Source of the DNA: Gemmatimonadota bacterium
GTDB taxonomy: Bacteria; Gemmatimonadota; Gemmatimonadetes; Longimicrobiales; Gaopeijiaceae
Direction of reading: 5' to 3'
DNA length: 64,000 nucleotides
Assembly (NCBI GenBank): GCA_028873845.1
Contig: JAPPNO010000117.1
Span: 794-64,793 of the forward strand
Under the pieces are notes generated by a model, which ran no database searches, was not told the origin of the DNA, and saw only the letters and a list, made by a program, of their open reading frames with translations. Below are positions 8,386 to 18,057 of this stretch, in pieces. The position numbers and the translations under genes were made by a program. How positions within the stretch are numbered: position 1 is the stretch's first letter; each line of letters opens with the position of its first letter.

Positions 8386-11169
8386 TCACCACCGGATCCC
8401 CACCTTCGCATAGTAGAATCCCCCGCTCGCCCCGAAGGGCGTGCCCGGGCTGTACCGGTTCCCCGCCCTGGTCGCCTCGGGGTTCTCCTCCGGGTACCGG
8501 TTCAGCGCGTTCTGGGCGCCCAGCGTCAGCATCGCCGACCCGCCCACCGCGTAGTGGGCCTCAAGGTCCACCAGGTACTCGCCCGGATAGGACCGGTCGT
8601 CGCGCGCGTCGAACCACCCGGCGTAGTAGCTCAGCCGTCCGAGCACCGACACGCCCCACCACCCCTTCCGCCCCGCCGCCGTCCAGCGCGTCCCCGGTAG
8701 CGCGTCCTCGAGCTGCCTGATGCGCGTCTCGTTGAGGACTTCCGGCTCGTACTCCGTCACCCGGGTCCTGGTGTGGTTGAAGGCCAGGCTCAGCTCGGCG
8801 TCGCCCCCCGGTCCTCCGGGAAGGATCGACGTCACCACGTCCACCCCCTGCGTGCGCGTGTCGAACTCGTTGGTGAAGAAGCGGAAGTTGGCCAGGTTCC
8901 TGGCGCTGGTGATCCCCTCCGAAATCAGCTGCTCGGCCTCGGCCGCGGTCAGCGCGAAGACCTTGCTCAGGGCCAGCCGGTCCGAGACGGCCACGCGGAA
9001 GTAGTCGGCCGAGAAGGAGAACGACCCCGCGTCCACGACCATCCCCAGGCTCGCGTTCACCGACTTCTCCGCGTCGAGCGGCGCGCCCCCCTTGATCGCA
9101 GCGACCGGCGAGGTCGACGGAATGGTGCCGTTGTTCACCAGCTCCTGGAGTTCGCGATCGAACTGCGTGGACACGTTGAAGGCGTTCTGCTGACCCGGGG
9201 TCGGGGCGCGGAACCCCGTGCTGGCGCTCCCGCGAACGGCCAGCGCCTCTGAAAGCCCGTAGCGCCCCGCCACCTTCCAGTTCGCGGTGGTCCCGAAGTC
9301 CTCGAAGCGCTCCGCGCGGAGCGCCGCCCCCAGCGTCCAGCGGTCGTCCCGGGCCCGCGCCTCGAGGTCGCCGTAGGCCGCCAGGTTGACCCGGTGCCAC
9401 CCGCCGGCCGCGATGTCGCTGAAGCCCGGAAACCCGTTCGACCCGGCGCTGAACCCCTGCGCGGCGAAGGGGCCGATCTCCCACGACGCCGTCTCGCCGA
9501 TGCCGATCTCGAAGTGCTCGTCGCGGAACTCGGCGCCCGCGGCCAGGGTAACCATGTCGCCGACGGCATAGGTCACGTCCGCGTTCGCGTTCAGCTCCGT
9601 CTGCGCGTACACGCCGGGGTCGAAGGAGGTGGGCGACGCGGGGCCCAGCGAAGCGTTCACCGTGTTGTCGATGAAGAAGTCGACCGCGTGCCGGCCGAAG
9701 CTGCCGCTCACGTCCCACTGCAGTCCGCCGTGGGTGTGGCCCCGAAGCCCCGCCACCACCGAGGCGTCCCGCGCATCGCCGCCGAACTGCGGCGTGAAGC
9801 CGCCCGGGCGGATCTTCTGGAAGGTGAAGCAGTTCGGGTCACCCATCACCCGCGCCAGCGCGACCGGATCGGGGACGTGGTCGACGATTTCGACCACCGG
9901 GCACCCCGCGGAGCCGTCCAGCACCCCGTCCTGCGCGTCCAGCACGTCGCCCACCAGCAGCGTCTTCCCCCCGTCGATACTGAACACGCCCGCGCGGGTG
10001 TTGGGATTGCGGAAGAAGAACCCCCCCGTAACCGTTTCGCTCGCGTAGTTGGCGTGCCCGTAGAGCTGCAGCCCGTCGCCGAAGAAGCGCCCGAAGTTGC
10101 CCCACAGCTTGAGGTCGTGGTCGACTGTGGGCGCACCCCAGATCTGGGCCGGGTTGCGCACGTGGGTGTTGCCCGCAGCGATCAGCGCGGCCGCGTCCGC
10201 GCGCTGCACGCTGCGGATGGTCGGGTTGGAGGATCCGTACTCGGCGCTCAGGTTGGCGAAACCGTTCCTGCCCAGCGGCAGCCCGATGTTGCCCGACAGG
10301 GTGTACGACTCGCCGTCGCCCTCCCAGTAGGTACCCGTGCGCACCTCGAAGCTGCCCCCCGAGGGCGCGTCCTTGAGGGTGAGGTTCATCACGCCCGCGA
10401 TGGCGTCCGAGCCGTACTGCGCCGACGCGCCGTCGCGCAGGATCTCCACCTGGCGCACGGCGATCGCCGGGATCGCGGAGATGTCGGGCCCCTGGGCGCC
10501 GTCCGCGAACCCGCCCCCGATCCACATGATGATCGAGGCCCTGTGGCGCCGCTTCCCGTTGACGAGCACCAGCGTGTGGTCCGGGGCCAGACCGCGCAGG
10601 CTCGCCGGCCGGATGATCCGGGCCGCGTCGCCCACGGCCTGCGGGTTCACGTTGTAGGAGGGGATGACGGTGCGGAGCAGGTCGTTCAGGTCGGTGTCGC
10701 CCTGTTCGACGAAGTCCCGCCCCGTGATCGCGTCAATGGGGACGGCGGACTGGGTGGCGGTGCGCGGTCGCGCCCGGCTCCCCACCGCGACCAGTCCCTC
10801 GAGCGCGATCGCCGACTCGTGCAGCTCCACGTCGAGGCGCACGGTCCGGCCGTCGGCGATGGTGACTTCGCGCACCTCGGTCGTGCGGCCGATGAGCGAG
10901 ATCTCGACGGTGTGGGTGCCGGCGGGGATCCCGGTGATTTCGTAGTGGCCGCCCGGGTCGGCGAGGCCGGCGAGATCGAGGGTGGGGATGGAGACCTCCG
11001 CGCCCGGCAGTGCGGTCCCGGTGGCCGCGCTGCGCACGGTGCCTTCGAGGGTGCCCTGGGCGGTTGCGCCCGCCGGAACGAGCGGGAGGACGACCGCCGC
11101 CGTGAAGGTGTACCACAGAGCAGGGCGCAGGTTCAGTACCGCCACTGCACCGTGAACGCGGTTCGGCAT
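8386..11169 (-). CDS. TonB-dependent receptor with N-terminal CarboxypepD_reg domain
   Basis: Signal peptide, then GTLEGTVRSAATGTALPGAEVSI...YEITGIPAGTHTVEISLIGR (CarboxypepD_reg). A plug block follows (IRPASLRGLAPDHTLVLVNGKRRH, EILRDGASAQYGSDAIAGVMNL). A long beta-barrel ends ...YYAKVGIRW. The start is trimmed to the ATG at 11169; the upstream track extension is Arg/Gly junk. Confidence 0.9.
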   Translation of the reverse strand: MPNRVHGAVAVLNLRPALWYTFTAAVVLPLVPAGATAQGTLEGTVRSAATGTALPGAEVSIPTLDLAGLADPGGHYEITGIPAGTHTVEISLIGRTTEVREVTIADGRTVRLDVELHESAIALEGLVAVGSRARPRTATQSAVPIDAITGRDFVEQGDTDLNDLLRTVIPSYNVNPQAVGDAARIIRPASLRGLAPDHTLVLVNGKRRHRASIIMWIGGGFADGAQGPDISAIPAIAVRQVEILRDGASAQYGSDAIAGVMNLTLKDAPSGGSFEVRTGTYWEGDGESYTLSGNIGLPLGRNGFANLSAEYGSSNPTIRSVQRADAAALIAAGNTHVRNPAQIWGAPTVDHDLKLWGNFGRFFGDGLQLYGHANYASETVTGGFFFRNPNTRAGVFSIDGGKTLLVGDVLDAQDGVLDGSAGCPVVEIVDHVPDPVALARVMGDPNCFTFQKIRPGGFTPQFGGDARDASVVAGLRGHTHGGLQWDVSGSFGRHAVDFFIDNTVNASLGPASPTSFDPGVYAQTELNANADVTYAVGDMVTLAAGAEFRDEHFEIGIGETASWEIGPFAAQGFSAGSNGFPGFSDIAAGGWHRVNLAAYGDLEARARDDRWTLGAALRAERFEDFGTTANWKVAGRYGLSEALAVRGSASTGFRAPTPGQQNAFNVSTQFDRELQELVNNGTIPSTSPVAAIKGGAPLDAEKSVNASLGMVVDAGSFSFSADYFRVAVSDRLALSKVFALTAAEAEQLISEGITSARNLANFRFFTNEFDTRTQGVDVVTSILPGGPGGDAELSLAFNHTRTRVTEYEPEVLNETRIRQLEDALPGTRWTAAGRKGWWGVSVLGRLSYYAGWFDARDDRSYPGEYLVDLEAHYAVGGSAMLTLGAQNALNRYPEENPEATRAGNRYSPGTPFGASGGFYYAKVGIRW

Positions 11170-11244
11170 TGCAGGTCTCCAGCGAAAACAAATATTGTCG
11201 TTGCCCTGTCCTCCTCCACCCCCCTCCCGAAAAAAGAGAACACA

Positions 11245-12498
11245 ATGCCACGTGCTCGACCACCGCGGACCGTTCCGTCTCCGCCTCGTCTCACGGCGAC
11301 GCCCCTCGGTGCCCTCGTCCTGGCGCCCCTCATCGCCGTGGGATGCCGGGCCGACGCCGGCTCCCCGCCCAACCCCTTCGCCGACAACCTCTGGACCCTG
11401 TCCGAGCGTGAGATCAGGGTCGGTTCCGCTGACGACCCCGACTACGCCTTCCGACCCATCGTGGACCTGGTGCCGGGTCCGGACGGATTGCTGTACACGA
11501 TGCACTGGGGAGAGGGCAGCATACGTCGCTGGAACCCGGACGGCACTCCCGCCGGCACGGTGGGGAGAGAGGGCGAGGGCCCGGGCGAGTTCGAGCGCCC
11601 ACTGGGCATGGGGTTCTTCGGTGACTCCCTGTGGGTATGGGACATCGACGCATACCGGGTAAGCTACTTCGACCTTGAAGGCGCGTTCCTCGGGTCGGTG
11701 TCGCCGAAGGTTGACATCGGCGGCTCCATGGAGGAGTCACCCCCGCGGCCCGACAGACCGCTCCGCGACGGAACGTTCATCGCTGTGTCTCCCGCCTGGT
11801 CCGACGGCATCGCGCGTGGAACGCTCACCGAGACTCCGTACGTCCACATGGACGCGGACGGCCGCAGCCTGACACGGATCTGGACCCGGCACCACGAGCC
11901 GCGGGACGTCTTCGCGATTCTGAGCGACGACGGCTTCGGAGGCTCCTACTCCAGCCAGCCGTTCGGCGATCGTGTCCGTACGTCCACCGCCGACGACGGG
12001 ATGCTGGTACTCGACCGCCGGGCGTGGACAGGCGAGGGGGAAGCCAGCGTGAAGCTCACGAAGATCGGCCTGGACGGGGATACCCTGCTTGCCGTGGCGG
12101 TCCCCTACGATCCCGTCCCGCTCTCCTCCGAACGCTACGACTCCGCGGTCGCCGCCGAAGTCGAGGATTGGCGTGACGAAGCCGGCCCGCTCACCGCCAA
12201 CGAAGCGGACATCCGGGAGGCGATGTACCGCCCGGACTATCTCCCGGCGGTGCGTGGGTTCATGCAGGCACAGGACGGAAACATCTGGCTTCGGCGGTTC
12301 GATCCGGTGGAATCGGAAGATGGGGCATTGATGACCGAGTCCTGGGTGCTCGATGCCGAGGGCGTTCCCCTGGCCCGGGCTCTGACACCCGCCGGCGTGG
12401 GCATGTTCGTGGTCGACGGCGACACCGTCTGGGGGATCGAGAGCGACGAGCTGGGTGTCCAGTACATTGTCCGCTACAGTCTGCTGAAGGAGGGGTAG
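11245..12498 (+). CDS. 6-bladed beta-propeller (NHL-like) lipoprotein, family member 1
   Basis: Lipobox LAPLIAVGC and the motif [13 protein letters not shown], which is shared with 45494-46765 and 46779-47960. Only the 3' third of track ORF 9394-12498 is coding. Confidence 0.8.
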   Translation: MPRARPPRTVPSPPRLTATPLGALVLAPLIAVGCRADAGSPPNPFADNLWTLSEREIRVGSADDPDYAFRPIVDLVPGPDGLLYTMHWGEGSIRRWNPDGTPAGTVGREGEGPGEFERPLGMGFFGDSLWVWDIDAYRVSYFDLEGAFLGSVSPKVDIGGSMEESPPRPDRPLRDGTFIAVSPAWSDGIARGTLTETPYVHMDADGRSLTRIWTRHHEPRDVFAILSDDGFGGSYSSQPFGDRVRTSTADDGMLVLDRRAWTGEGEASVKLTKIGLDGDTLLAVAVPYDPVPLSSERYDSAVAAEVEDWRDEAGPLTANEADIREAMYRPDYLPAVRGFMQAQDGNIWLRRFDPVESEDGALMTESWVLDAEGVPLARALTPAGVGMFVVDGDTVWGIESDELGVQYIVRYSLLKEG

Positions 12499-12508
12499 CG
12501 CCCGGACC

Positions 12509-14014
12509 ATGCCGGTGTTCCTCCTCAATCCCGACCACCGTTTCCGACAGGAGAGTGCCGTGCGTGCAGCGACGACAGCCCGCCGCCACCTGCTGGTCGC
12601 CGCGTTCGCGGCCGCCGCCGCCGGGTGCTCGCCCGCGCCGGGAGCCGACGTGGGCGCGCAGCCCGACCCCGGAGCCCGACTCGAATCCGCGCTGCTTCCG
12701 ACCTTCACCATCCGGGGCGAACCCGTGCCGGCCCGTTCGCTCGCCGGCCGGATGGACGAACTGGGCGTGCCCGGGGTCAGCGTGGCCGTGCTGGCCGATG
12801 GCGAGATCGCATGGGCCCGCGGGTACGGGTTCGCCGACGCCGAGTCGCGGCGGCCGGTCACCACGAACACGCTCTTCCAGGCGGCGTCCATCTCCAAGCC
12901 GGTGGCCGCGCTCGCGGCGCTGCAGCTCGTGGAGGAGGGCCGCGTGGACCTCGACGGCGACGTCAACAACCACCTGACGAGCTGGACGCTGCCCGGCAAC
13001 GGGTTCACGGCCGATGCGCCCGTCACCCTGCGCCACCTGTTGACGCACCGCGCCGGGCTCACCGTATGGGGCTTCCCCGGTTACGGACCGGGCGAGACGC
13101 CGCCCGACGCGGTCGGCGTCCTGGACGGCCGCGGCAACACCGATCCCGTGCGCGTCGACAAGACGCCCGGCGAGAGCTGGCGGTACTCCGGCGGCGGCTA
13201 CACCGTCATGCAGCAACTGGTCGCGGACGTTCGTGGCAGCCCGTTCGCCGAGGTCATGCGCGAGCACGTCCTCGACCCCCTGGGCATGGTGCGCTCGACG
13301 TACGAACAGCCGATTCCCCCGGAGCGCCAGGACGATATCGCGACCGGCCACCGGGCCGATGGAACGCCCGTCCCCGCGGGCTGGCACACCTACCCGGAAC
13401 AGGCCGCGGCCGGGCTGTGGACCACTCCCGGCGAGCTCGCACTGTACGCAAGGGAAGTGCAGCGGGCTTGGGCGGGCGTCTCGACCCGGGTGCTGGGGGA
13501 ACGGCTCGTGCGCGCGATGCTGACGCCGGACGAGGACGACTGGGGTCTGGGTCCCGGCATCTCCGAGGATGGCGAGCGCTTCCGCCACGGTGGATCCAAC
13601 CAGGGGTTCCGCTCCACCTTCAGCGCGTTCATCGACGGGGACGACGGCGTCTTCGTGATGACCAACTCCGACTCCGGGAGCGGGCTGGCGACGGAAATCG
13701 CGGTCACGCTGGCGGACGAGTACGGCTGGTCGGGGCCTCGCCCGGACGAGAGGGTGCCGGTCGACCTACCGGTCGCGGCGCGTGAGGAGTACGTGGGAAC
13801 GTATGTGGTCCCCGGCAGGGGGATCGAGTTCTCCGTCCGGCTGGAGGACCGGGGACTGGAGCTCTCGTGGGATGGCGAAACGGTGGTCCTGTGGCCGGTG
13901 AACGACACGGTTTTCTTCGATACCGGCGACGGGCGCGAAGTGCGCTTTTCCCGCTCGGATGGAGAGATGGCGCTGATCCTCGGCGGCCTCACGGCGATTC
14001 GCGCCGGGAGCTGA
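12509..14014 (+). CDS. beta-lactamase-fold serine hydrolase (exported)
   Basis: FQAASISKPV supplies the SxxK motif, with RYSGGGY and HGGSNQGF blocks downstream. The N-terminus contains a lipobox-like AAAAGCS. Confidence 0.85.
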   Translation: MPVFLLNPDHRFRQESAVRAATTARRHLLVAAFAAAAAGCSPAPGADVGAQPDPGARLESALLPTFTIRGEPVPARSLAGRMDELGVPGVSVAVLADGEIAWARGYGFADAESRRPVTTNTLFQAASISKPVAALAALQLVEEGRVDLDGDVNNHLTSWTLPGNGFTADAPVTLRHLLTHRAGLTVWGFPGYGPGETPPDAVGVLDGRGNTDPVRVDKTPGESWRYSGGGYTVMQQLVADVRGSPFAEVMREHVLDPLGMVRSTYEQPIPPERQDDIATGHRADGTPVPAGWHTYPEQAAAGLWTTPGELALYAREVQRAWAGVSTRVLGERLVRAMLTPDEDDWGLGPGISEDGERFRHGGSNQGFRSTFSAFIDGDDGVFVMTNSDSGSGLATEIAVTLADEYGWSGPRPDERVPVDLPVAAREEYVGTYVVPGRGIEFSVRLEDRGLELSWDGETVVLWPVNDTVFFDTGDGREVRFSRSDGEMALILGGLTAIRAGS

Positions 14015-14032
14015 AGCGCGGACCAGCTCCCT

Positions 14033-16396
14033 TCAGCCGCCCCCCAGCTCCGCCAGCTTCGCCCGCGCCTCCCGCGCCGGCTCGAAGTCCCCGTCCGCGT
14101 TCTCCCAGGCCGCCAGCGCGCTCTCCAGATGCTCGACGGCACCGGCCGTGTCCCCGCGAGCCTCCAGAACCAGCGCAAGCTCCAGGTGCCCACCCGGCAG
14201 CGAGGGGACGTATCGCAGCGATTCCCGCAGCTCCGCCTCGGCCTCGTCCAGGCGACCCATCTTGCGCAGCACCCGCCCCGCGCTGAGATGCGGCTTCCCC
14301 CGGGTCACGTTCCAACCGCATGGGTCGTCCACGTTCGGCCCGAGAGCAATCGTCGATCTGTAGCTCTCCAGGGCGCCCGCATGGTCTCCGGCGCGCTCCC
14401 GAATCGCGCCCAGAACCGCTATCACCGTCGATCGGAGGTCCCCCAGCTCATTCGCTTCCAGCAGCCGCACCCACTCGCCGTGCTTCTCGCGGGCGGTTTC
14501 CACGCCGCCGGTCGCGAGCGCGAGGTGAACGTCCGCACGCGGCGCGAGGTTGCCGCTCACCCACGGGTCGGTCAGCCCCTTCAGATCCTCGACGAAATCG
14601 GCCGCCTCGTCGAACCGGCCCGCATCGAGGTAGACGAAGAGGTCCCCGAACCGTCGGTGGGCGATCGACTCCGGATCCATGAACGCCGACGCCTCGGCGA
14701 GCCAGGCGGTCGCGGCGCGGACCGCGTCGTCCATCTCTCCGCGGAAGTGGTGGTAGCACTTCATGCGCGTCAGCGCTTCGGCTTTCCAGTCCGGGGCAGG
14801 CGCTCGATCGAAGGCACGTTCGTAACCCGCCCGGGCTTCGTCGAATCGTCCCGTCCGCCTGTCCAGATCGGCGAGGTTGAGGGCAAGCGCCATCGACAGC
14901 GGATGGAGCAGCAGGCCCTTCTCCAGATGGGTTCGCTCCTGCTCGTAGTCCCCACGTCTTTGCTGGAATTCGGCCAGCCTGACGTAGCCCCCCTCTTCGT
15001 CCGGGAACCGCTCCATATACTCGGCAAAAGCCGCCGCCGCGCTGTCATGCTGTCCCAGGCGCTCATGCGACCTGGCCATCCTCGCAAGGATTTCGCCGTG
15101 GCCGGGATTCAGCCGGAATATCTCCGCCAGCGTCGCCAGCGCCCCTTTCGGATCGCCCTCGCCCAGCCGCACTTCCCACTGTTGCAACAGGGCGTCGACG
15201 TCTTCGGGATGGAGCTCCAGCCACATGTCCACGATTTCCCTGACCTTGTCGCGTTCTCCGGTCATCCCATAGTACTCGGCCCGGACCTGGAAGCGGGCGC
15301 GTTCCGGAAGTCGGGAAAGGTACGCTATCGCCGCCTCGATCGACGCGAGCGCCTCCCCGTTCCGGCCGACACTCCACAGCCGCCACGACAGCGCCCGGTG
15401 GGCCGCCGTGAAGGTGGGATCGAGTGTCACCGCGGCCTCCAGGTGTTCGGTGCTGCCGCGGATGACCCCCGTCCCCTCCATCAGGCCCTTCACGAATTCC
15501 GCCAGCGCCGCGTCGTCTTCGGTAAGCAGCTGGCGAACGGGAGAGTCCCGGACGTCCTCCCGCTCGGGGATGCGCAGCGCTCGCTTCACCAGACCGGAAA
15601 TCGAGTCCGCGAGCGCCAGGAGGTCACTGCCCTCGAAAACGCTGTCGCCCACGACGTTTCCGCTCTCGACCTCATGGACGGCCAGCGTGACGCGGTAGCG
15701 GTCCTGGACCCTGTCGATCTCGCCGACGGTCATGAAGCCGGCGTAGTACCTCCGCGCGACCTCGCGCTTGAGCAACAGCGGGATTCCCCGCATGTCGGGA
15801 TAGCCGAGCTCGGTAGACGGCCAAACCAGCGCGCGGAAGGTCACCGGCACGAAGTAGTCGTCGGGCATCAGGTCGTACTCGATGGCCAGCGGGATGGCGT
15901 AGGCGGTCCACGACTCGTCGTCCCCGAGGCCGGGACCCGGTTCGAGCGGGAAGAGCGCGGTGCGTTTGCGGAACTCGGCTTTGGGCACCTCCCGCCTGAT
16001 GGTGTCCCCCTCCTCGGTCACCGCCATGACCGAGGTCGTGGCCGAGCCCAGATCCTCTCCCCCGAAGAGTGCCCACAACACGATCGCGCAGAGCACCGCG
16101 TTGGCGGGGATCCCGATCTTCTCGGTCCTGGCCAGCGAGTCCCGGTCCCGCCCCGGCTTGCCGTGAAACCAGGCGAGCATCAGGACGCTCGGCAGCAACA
16201 GGAGCAGCGTGAGCAGAACCAGGCGGGTCCAGAGCGGCGAGAGCAGGAACTCGTCCGTGGCGAAGGCCGTGAACTCGACCAGCGCCCACGAAGCGCCCGC
16301 GTAGATAGCCAGGATGTGGGGAACGCGCCGGTGGATCAGATCGCGTGCCAGGGAAACCCGGGGGGACGGAGGGGGACGGTCTTGGGGAGTCTCCAT
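14033..16396 (-). CDS. membrane-anchored tetratricopeptide-repeat protein
   Basis: 787 aa. The N-terminus has two hydrophobic helices (HILAIYAGASWALVEF, LVLLTLLLLLPSVLMLAW). The C-terminal half consists of repeated TPR-like A/L/Y/G/P helices. Confidence 0.8.
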   Translation of the reverse strand: METPQDRPPPSPRVSLARDLIHRRVPHILAIYAGASWALVEFTAFATDEFLLSPLWTRLVLLTLLLLLPSVLMLAWFHGKPGRDRDSLARTEKIGIPANAVLCAIVLWALFGGEDLGSATTSVMAVTEEGDTIRREVPKAEFRKRTALFPLEPGPGLGDDESWTAYAIPLAIEYDLMPDDYFVPVTFRALVWPSTELGYPDMRGIPLLLKREVARRYYAGFMTVGEIDRVQDRYRVTLAVHEVESGNVVGDSVFEGSDLLALADSISGLVKRALRIPEREDVRDSPVRQLLTEDDAALAEFVKGLMEGTGVIRGSTEHLEAAVTLDPTFTAAHRALSWRLWSVGRNGEALASIEAAIAYLSRLPERARFQVRAEYYGMTGERDKVREIVDMWLELHPEDVDALLQQWEVRLGEGDPKGALATLAEIFRLNPGHGEILARMARSHERLGQHDSAAAAFAEYMERFPDEEGGYVRLAEFQQRRGDYEQERTHLEKGLLLHPLSMALALNLADLDRRTGRFDEARAGYERAFDRAPAPDWKAEALTRMKCYHHFRGEMDDAVRAATAWLAEASAFMDPESIAHRRFGDLFVYLDAGRFDEAADFVEDLKGLTDPWVSGNLAPRADVHLALATGGVETAREKHGEWVRLLEANELGDLRSTVIAVLGAIRERAGDHAGALESYRSTIALGPNVDDPCGWNVTRGKPHLSAGRVLRKMGRLDEAEAELRESLRYVPSLPGGHLELALVLEARGDTAGAVEHLESALAAWENADGDFEPAREARAKLAELGGG

Positions 16397-16495
16397 CGGG
16401 GAACGCTACCTACCCGGCATGGTCTCGGCAAGCCGCCGGGGAGCGCCGGCCGGTCGCAAGCAACACGTGGATTCATCCACCGGCCGCCCGGCCGT

Positions 16496-18037
16496 TCACC
16501 CAACCGCGAACCCCTCCGCCAGCACCCTGAACGACCGCACCTCCGCCTCGACCCAGTCGTCGTCCCGCCCCAGCTCCGCCGCCATCGCGCGCGCAACCTC
16601 GGGGGCCGCCGCCACCGCCGCCTTCGCGTTCAGGAAGAGCGCCCGGGTCCGCCGCGCCAGCACGTCCTCGACCCGCACCGCCATCTCGTGGCGGGCGGCC
16701 CACGCGGCCTGGCCCAGCCTGTACGGCAAGCCGGGATGCATGAGACGTCCCAGGCGCGGGTTTCCGTCCCCCATCCCGGCAACGTCGTCGGCCCGGGACC
16801 CGTAAACCCGCCAGGGATCGCGCAGGTCGCGGCGCTTCGTGTAGCCGTAGAGTCTCAGATTGGCGGTGACGGAGGGTGCCGGCGACAGCCCGCCCGCGTC
16901 CGCCGCCATGTCCACGACATCCTGGCCGACCCTGCGGCATGTCGTCCACTTTCCGCCGGTCACGGTGACCAGCCCCCGCCGCGAAACGCTCACACCGTGA
17001 TCGCGCGAGAGGGCAGCCGTGTCCTCCCCGGTCCCCGACGGCACCAGCGCGCGCAATCCCGCCCACGCGGACAGGATGTCCTCCCTGCCGAGCCGGCGCG
17101 TCAGGTAGCGGCCGGCGTGGTCGAGCAGGTAGTCCACCTCCCCGTCGCTGGGGACCGGCTCGGGCGAGGGGCGCGCGACCGGCACGTCGGTCGTCCCGAT
17201 CACGACATGGCCGTGCCACGGAATGGCGAAAAGTACCCGTCCATCGTCGGTCGAGGGGACCAGGAGCGCTGACGCGCCGGGAAGGAAGGCGCTGCTCACC
17301 ACGATGTGCGCGCCCCGGCTGAGCACGGCGCCCGGACCCGGACCGGGCTCGTCCATCGCGCGCACGGTTTCGGCGAAGGGACCCGTCGCGTTGACCACGA
17401 CCGCCCCACGGGCGACCCACTCGCCGCCGCCGATCCGGTCGCGAACCCGCACCCCCTTGATCGCGCCGCGCGATTCGACCAGACCCGTCACCTCCGCGTA
17501 GTTCAGGGCCACGCAGTTCAGGTTGGCGGCGGTGCGGACCAGCGCCCAGCCCAGCCGGGCGTCGTCGAACTGGCCGTCGCGGTAGAGTACGCCGCCGCGG
17601 AGCCCCCGCTCCGCCAGGGTGGACAGCCGGTTCAGACACTGCCGCCGGGACAACAGTCGCGAACCTCCCAGCCCACGCCGCCAGGCCAGTGCGTCATATG
17701 CCTTGAGCCCCAGGCCGTACCACGGCCCCTCCCACCAGCGGTACGCCGGCACGATCAGCGACAGGCCGTGAACCAGGTGCGGTGCGTTGCGCAGCAGCCG
17801 CCGCCGCTCCCGCAGCGCCCGGTACACCATCTGAACGTGTCCCTGGCGAAGGTAGCGCACCCCGCCGTGCACCAGCTTGGTGCTGCGGCTCGAAGTCCCG
17901 CCGGTGAAGTCTCCGCGCTCGACCAGGAGCGTCCGGTATCCGCGCGCCGCCGCATCCAGGGCGGTCGCGATCCCGGTGCATCCTCCGCCCACCACGATGA
18001 CGTGCCACGGACGCAGCTCCATCGCGCGATCGAGCAT
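16496..18037 (-). CDS. glpD: FAD-dependent glycerol-3-phosphate dehydrogenase/oxidase
   Basis: VIVVGGGCTGIATALDAAARG (GxGxxG), then GTSSRSTKLVHGGVRYL, and a GlpD-type C-terminal domain (RVEDVLARRTR). The track ORF 16496-19969 is trimmed to the ATG at 18037. Confidence 0.85.
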   Translation of the reverse strand: MLDRAMELRPWHVIVVGGGCTGIATALDAAARGYRTLLVERGDFTGGTSSRSTKLVHGGVRYLRQGHVQMVYRALRERRRLLRNAPHLVHGLSLIVPAYRWWEGPWYGLGLKAYDALAWRRGLGGSRLLSRRQCLNRLSTLAERGLRGGVLYRDGQFDDARLGWALVRTAANLNCVALNYAEVTGLVESRGAIKGVRVRDRIGGGEWVARGAVVVNATGPFAETVRAMDEPGPGPGAVLSRGAHIVVSSAFLPGASALLVPSTDDGRVLFAIPWHGHVVIGTTDVPVARPSPEPVPSDGEVDYLLDHAGRYLTRRLGREDILSAWAGLRALVPSGTGEDTAALSRDHGVSVSRRGLVTVTGGKWTTCRRVGQDVVDMAADAGGLSPAPSVTANLRLYGYTKRRDLRDPWRVYGSRADDVAGMGDGNPRLGRLMHPGLPYRLGQAAWAARHEMAVRVEDVLARRTRALFLNAKAAVAAAPEVARAMAAELGRDDDWVEAEVRSFRVLAEGFAVG

Positions 18038-18057
18038 TCCGCCGCGGGACAGCGGGT

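Noticed and set aside
9394-11244. 5' two-thirds of track ORF 9394-12498
   Set aside because: This part is antisense to the TonB-dependent receptor. A credible protein (lipobox, propeller motifs) begins only at the ATG at 11245.
14129-17272. 1047-aa plus-strand ORF
   Set aside because: It lies antisense to the TPR and glpD genes, which have convincing motifs. Its product is low-complexity.
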